The notes under the pieces are model-generated. The model was not told the origin of the DNA, made no database searches, and saw only the letters and a program-made list of their open reading frames with translations. DNA of 63,639 bases, filler included. It is 6 parts of 6 records of this genome, joined end to end, with 100 filler letters (N's around TTAATTAATTAA, not from the genome) between each part and the next. Parts side by side here need not be neighbours in the genome. Positions count along the whole stretch, not along the records: positions 49,395 to 63,639 come from SRR31156797_9403; 5 more parts are not named here. One strand, given 5' to 3'. Position 1 is the stretch's first letter, and each line of letters opens with the position of its first letter. Shown one piece after another: positions 59,577 through 63,639 of this stretch. The position numbers were made by a program, and so were the translations under genes.

Positions 59577-62500
59577 CTATTTTTGTCCGCTTTCCAGTAT
59601 TGCTTTTCCTTTTTCCGTTTCGCCCAGTTTAATCAACAAATTCCCCATATTCTGGCAGGCAGGCCCAAACCCGGGGCGACATTTTATTGCTTTGCCATAA
59701 TATTCCAATGCCTTCCCATACTCTCCCAGAAGTTCCAGGAGCTCCCCTTTATTGTATATGGCTTCCACATAATCCGAATCAATAGAAAGGGCCTGATCAT
59801 AGAATGACAAGGCCTGATCATATTGCCCCATGTTTTTCAGGGCAGACCCCTTGTTATTGTATAGATGGACCTTTATCGACGACTCCTCTGGACAAATATC
59901 AATTCCATTTTCATAAAATAGCAACGCCTGATCAAATCGTTTTTGATTATGTGAGAGGTTTCCTTTTTGAAGACAGTATTGTCCAATTTTTTCCTTGATA
60001 TCCTCCTTTTCAGGATAATAATGCAATGCCTGCTCATATGCGGTAATACCTTCGTCATACTTGCCGTTTTGGAAAAGAAAATCTCCGTATTTTCCCCAAT
60101 AGGCTGCATTGCCGGAATCAAGCTCAATGGCTTTTTGTAAAAAATGCAATCCGCTGTCATACTCAAAAGAACAAAGAAGCAGATCAGCCATCTGAATAAC
60201 AAGCCAGGGATCTGGTGAATCACATTCCATGCAGCGGCCAAAAAAAGTGACGGCCACCTCTTTATCGTTTTCTTTCAAAGCGTTTTTTCCGCAATAGAAA
60301 TAAGCCATACACCGTAAATTTGCCGGGAGAAAATCTTTGGAACCGGGAAATTCCTCCATGAATGCCAACCAGCTTGTAAGAAGATTGCCGTGAGGTTCAA
60401 TATTTTCTTGACCATTCTGACCAGTCATTTTTTCCATGTCCGAAGCTAACAATTCCGCCAACCCGGATTGAATTTTCTCATGAAAAGGGCAGGCTTTGAA
60501 TCCCTTAATAAAAAGACTTTTTGCCACCATTGAGTCATATTTTAAAAAAACATTGGCAGACTCCAGATGAATATCACCCTGCCCGATCCTAAATGCTTTA
60601 ATCTCTTTTCCATATCCCGGTTTTACTGAAAGTGTTTTGTTGAAAAAAAAATCCATTGCGTCATAATCATGCTCTCTGGCCTTCAGGCAACCCATAAAAA
60701 AATTTGCCCGGGCGGAATCAGGATCTGATGTTATGAGCTTCTCAATAAAAGGGGCGGCTAAAACATTCTCACCGTTTTTCATGTATAGTTCGGCCAGTTT
60801 CCTATCCGATTCAAGGTCAGGATTCGCTTGTAACAGTTTGAGTTCATTTCTGATATACCCGACAACATTTTCGACACCATTTTTTAAAAAATTCAAGGAA
60901 TTCATCCTGACTGTATTGACATACGTCAACCGGTCAATATTTTTTTCAAGCCACTCGGGGAACCGGCGCAAATCACCTTCTATTTCTCTTATTTCAAAAG
61001 CCATCTGCTCGCTTTTCTGCAACCCCTCAGAGGTCATTTCTTCAAGAATTTTCCAGAGTCTCCCATAATCGTCGATCTGCCCATTCAATCTATCAATGTC
61101 CGCCAATTTCTTTTTACACCCCTGGGAGATATGGGTACGATTTTTCGCCCACAATCTTCTTATTCCGGGAAGTTCTTTTCTGATATTTTTTAAAACACGC
61201 TCGACCTTCTTCCCCTTTCCACATACCTGCTCAATAATTTTCAGATCCTTCTCCAGCATGTCGACAATACCTTGAGTACCAATTCTGTTCTCAGGGATGC
61301 AAACCGTGTTTATAATCTGGGACACATCTGCAGATTCAGAACGGTATTCGTCAACAACACTTTCTATGGGTAAGTAACGGGTACCCTTAATATGCGCCCC
61401 TCCTTTACTACAATTGATATAGTCACCGGGGGTGTCACGGATTAAGTTTTCAAAAAAATGCTTCATATTCACCAGGTCCCTTGTGGCAGACACGACCCCT
61501 GTCTCAACACCGTCCACCCACACAAGGTCTTTGCCGGTTTCAAGCTGTTTTTTTACACTGTCCTGCTGGGTCAGCACAGCACTTTTCGAATGGGTCCGTT
61601 CAGCACCGTAGCATAGATCCTGTCCCACAAAAATAATGGGTGAACACCCCATGGCCCTGGCCGTTATAAAATTAATATTCGCCACACTGGGACCGTTTCC
61701 AAAAATGCGCTCGGCCCCGGCTAAAATGCGGACCCATTGTTCAATGCCTGAATGGGAAAAAATATAAAATTTACGGTTTCCAGGAAAATTTTTCTGTACA
61801 AGGGGAGCAGAAGCGCTTGAGACAATCAACCCCGTTTGTTCAGGGATTTTAGTTATAGTGTGAGAAAACTTTTCATAGGTGACATCCTTAAAATCAATGG
61901 AAGTTACAAAATCAGGGGTAATTCCATTGTCTATAAACGCCGGCAAAGCGGAATCCACACAGATAATCATCGCTTTGTTCTGAACTTTTTTTAAGAATTG
62001 AATCGATTTATCCAGTGATGGGCCGCCCGCGACAATATAGGCAGGAAGTCCCTCCATAACCCCCACCAGCTTTTCAAACGCAAAACAATGACCCATGCTT
62101 TTTAAATGCTCAAGCCGGTTAGAGACCATTTTTTCCCCATATCTCACACGTGTGGCACCGGCAATATTGAACATATTAATGTATTCATAAACCGAATCAT
62201 GAATTTCTTGGTAGGACTGGCCGAAACACTTTTCAATTCCTGGATGTTTTAAAATCTGGGTGTGTTCAAAAGCAATGGCATTATTAACCGGTCCCATAAA
62301 GTCATCTGCCGATTCCGGACACAGGCCCCAGATTACCTTGGCGTTGCTGAGAAGGTCTCCTAAGTCTGCGTGCCTGAGTGCCTGCAGAAAAATACCGGGA
62401 TTATTTTCAATGATAACTAAATAGCGGATGGAGGGCCGTTGCCGTAATATTTCTTGAACCCCGTAGCCAAGCCCCATACCGAAAATAACCTCCACGCCGG

Positions 62501-62744
62501 CAAAATCCTCGGAGATACTATTTAAAAAAAACTGGCTGTCCGTTTCAGGGTTATGCTCCGGATGAATGAAAATTGATTTCCCTTCGCATTTTACCCTGAG
62601 ATTAACAATTGATTCAGAAAAACGAATGGGTTCACCACAGGGCTCTGGATCCATTTTTTCCAAACGTTCCAACAAAATCGGATGATTTTGTCTTAAAATG
62701 TCCAGATTCTTTTTTGTAATATATTCTCTCACGGCAGATGCCAT
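59577..62744 (-). CDS. maf: Maf-type flagellin glycosyltransferase (DUF115/MptE-like) with C-terminal TPRs
   Basis: FGMGLGY, IVAGGPSL, GITPDFVTSID, MGCSPIIFVGQDL and INCSKGGAHIKG; TPR array; adjacent to flagellin. Confidence 0.85.
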   Translation of the reverse strand: MASAVREYITKKNLDILRQNHPILLERLEKMDPEPCGEPIRFSESIVNLRVKCEGKSIFIHPEHNPETDSQFFLNSISEDFAGVEVIFGMGLGYGVQEILRQRPSIRYLVIIENNPGIFLQALRHADLGDLLSNAKVIWGLCPESADDFMGPVNNAIAFEHTQILKHPGIEKCFGQSYQEIHDSVYEYINMFNIAGATRVRYGEKMVSNRLEHLKSMGHCFAFEKLVGVMEGLPAYIVAGGPSLDKSIQFLKKVQNKAMIICVDSALPAFIDNGITPDFVTSIDFKDVTYEKFSHTITKIPEQTGLIVSSASAPLVQKNFPGNRKFYIFSHSGIEQWVRILAGAERIFGNGPSVANINFITARAMGCSPIIFVGQDLCYGAERTHSKSAVLTQQDSVKKQLETGKDLVWVDGVETGVVSATRDLVNMKHFFENLIRDTPGDYINCSKGGAHIKGTRYLPIESVVDEYRSESADVSQIINTVCIPENRIGTQGIVDMLEKDLKIIEQVCGKGKKVERVLKNIRKELPGIRRLWAKNRTHISQGCKKKLADIDRLNGQIDDYGRLWKILEEMTSEGLQKSEQMAFEIREIEGDLRRFPEWLEKNIDRLTYVNTVRMNSLNFLKNGVENVVGYIRNELKLLQANPDLESDRKLAELYMKNGENVLAAPFIEKLITSDPDSARANFFMGCLKAREHDYDAMDFFFNKTLSVKPGYGKEIKAFRIGQGDIHLESANVFLKYDSMVAKSLFIKGFKACPFHEKIQSGLAELLASDMEKMTGQNGQENIEPHGNLLTSWLAFMEEFPGSKDFLPANLRCMAYFYCGKNALKENDKEVAVTFFGRCMECDSPDPWLVIQMADLLLCSFEYDSGLHFLQKAIELDSGNAAYWGKYGDFLFQNGKYDEGITAYEQALHYYPEKEDIKEKIGQYCLQKGNLSHNQKRFDQALLFYENGIDICPEESSIKVHLYNNKGSALKNMGQYDQALSFYDQALSIDSDYVEAIYNKGELLELLGEYGKALEYYGKAIKCRPGFGPACQNMGNLLIKLGETEKGKAILESGQK

Positions 62745-62840
62745 CCGTTCCTCCAGGGTTTATTCATTCAATTTTAGATTATTTTCAATCTAATTAAGAT
62801 ATTTTTATATTTCAAGTTAAGTTTTTTTACATGACAACTC

Positions 62841-62867
62841 TCAAGGTTCAGCAACTTGTTCCGATAC
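62841..62867 (+). promoter_or_regulatory. sigma28 (FliA) promoter of flagellin
   Basis: TCAA-N15-TCCGATAC, matching the TAAA-N15-GCCGATAA spacing. Confidence 0.75.
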
Positions 62868-62917
62868 TTCTCTTAAACAGGTTTTGGCATCAACCAGACC
62901 CTCACAAAAAAGAAGGT

Positions 62918-62987
62918 AAAACAAGGGGATGTTTTTTTTGTCAAATTGAATAGGGAAAGGATTCCCGAAAACAAAAAACATGGAGGA
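62918..62987 (+). promoter_or_regulatory. Putative CsrA-binding GGA hairpins in the flagellin 5' UTR
   Basis: AAAACA-AGGGGA-TGTTTT (62918-62935), GGGAA-AGGA-TTCCC (62953-62966) and ATGGAGGA over the RBS. Confidence 0.6.
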
Positions 62988-62994
62988 TTAACTA

Positions 62995-63639
62995 ATGACA
63001 CTTAGAATCAACACCAATGTGGCTTCGCTGAACGCTCACAAAAACATGGTAAAAACCGACAACTCCCTTTCAAGCTCTCTTGAAAGACTGTCATCGGGCT
63101 TAAGAATCAACAAGGCGGCAGACGATGCCTCAGGCATGTCCATTGCCGACTCGCTTAAATCCCAGGTCAATGGATTGGGTCAGGCCATCAGAAATGCCAA
63201 CGACGGTATCAATATCGTTCAAACGGCAGATGCCGCTCTGGAAGAATCCATTAACATTATTAATACAATTAAAACCAAATCAATCCAGGCCGCTCAAGAC
63301 GGACAGACCACAGAATCAAGGGCCGCCATCCAGTCAGACGTCAACAAGTTGATGGAAGAGCTGGACATCATCGCAAACACAACTTCATTCAACAACCAGA
63401 AACTGCTTTCGGGTTCATTCACCAACAAACAGTTCCAGATCGGTGCATACTCCGGGGAAACCGTGGGGATTTCCATTTCATCCTCGGAATCCACAAAAAT
63501 CGGTCATACCACTACATCCGAACTATCCCTGGCCGACGGCAAAGCCGGAACCGTTGACTTAAGCGTATACTCTAACCAGTTAAACCAGAGCTTCAACGTT
63601 AAATCCGTTGAAGTGGCCTATGACAACTCCAGCGAGCAT
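62995..63639 (+). CDS. fliC: Flagellin (3'-truncated by window end; missing from ORF track)
   Basis: [15 protein letters not shown]…[20 protein letters not shown]…[10 protein letters not shown]…TSFNNQKLL; frame open to the window end. Confidence 0.97.
   Translation, partial: MTLRINTNVASLNAHKNMVKTDNSLSSSLERLSSGLRINKAADDASGMSIADSLKSQVNGLGQAIRNANDGINIVQTADAALEESINIINTIKTKSIQAAQDGQTTESRAAIQSDVNKLMEELDIIANTTSFNNQKLLSGSFTNKQFQIGAYSGETVGISISSSESTKIGHTTTSELSLADGKAGTVDLSVYSNQLNQSFNVKSVEVAYDNSSEH

Noticed and set aside
621-63494. Numerous 60-280-aa alternative-frame and antisense ORFs in the track (e.g. 11560-12411, 19631-20362, 22381-23133, 63125-63352)
   Set aside because: They overlap well-supported genes, lack motifs and RBSs, and are expected shadow ORFs.

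Overview
This window is not one genome locus. It is six unrelated contigs joined by identical 100-nt artificial spacers (N44-TTAATTAATTAA-N44), so nothing should be inferred from adjacency across spacers. (1) 1-9348: probable Methanosarcinales archaeon. It holds the end of a MotA/TolQ/ExbB-like gene, a DUF2149 gene and two tandem secreted CobN/HmuS-like chelatase paralogues with different triplicated N-terminal repeat modules. Each paralogue is preceded by a shared structured leader. (2) 9449-27288: probable Desulfobacterota minus-strand cluster encoding a T2SS/type IV pilus hybrid: two large GspG-like pseudopilins, PilMN-like, PilO-like, PilT, PilB/GspE, PilC/GspF, PilP-like and a secretin whose C-terminal extension resembles the ICE T4SS protein DUF3438. 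An omptin-like barrel and a MoxR/DUF58/transglutaminase triad follow, and the transglutaminase has lost its catalytic Cys. (3) 27389-32493: AT-rich, probably Campylobacterota osmoprotection locus (BCCT plus TRAP uptake, divergent from ectA-ectB). (4) 32594-38218: hydantoinase B/oxoprolinase, a sigma54-driven GT2-TPR-SEC-C protein, and a TetR regulator with a duplicated operator and an SDR/epimerase. (5) 38319-49294: surface polysaccharide cluster. (6) 49395-63639: Desulfobacterales-like flagellin glycosylation island (flaG, nonulosonate pathway with two radical SAM enzymes, Maf, flagellin). The best novelty candidates are the secretin-DUF3438/PilT hybrid system, the conserved archaeal cobN leader element, the repeat-decorated extracellular CobN-like proteins and the radical-SAM nonulosonate pathway. 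Taxonomy and family calls come from motif recognition by eye; no database search was run.
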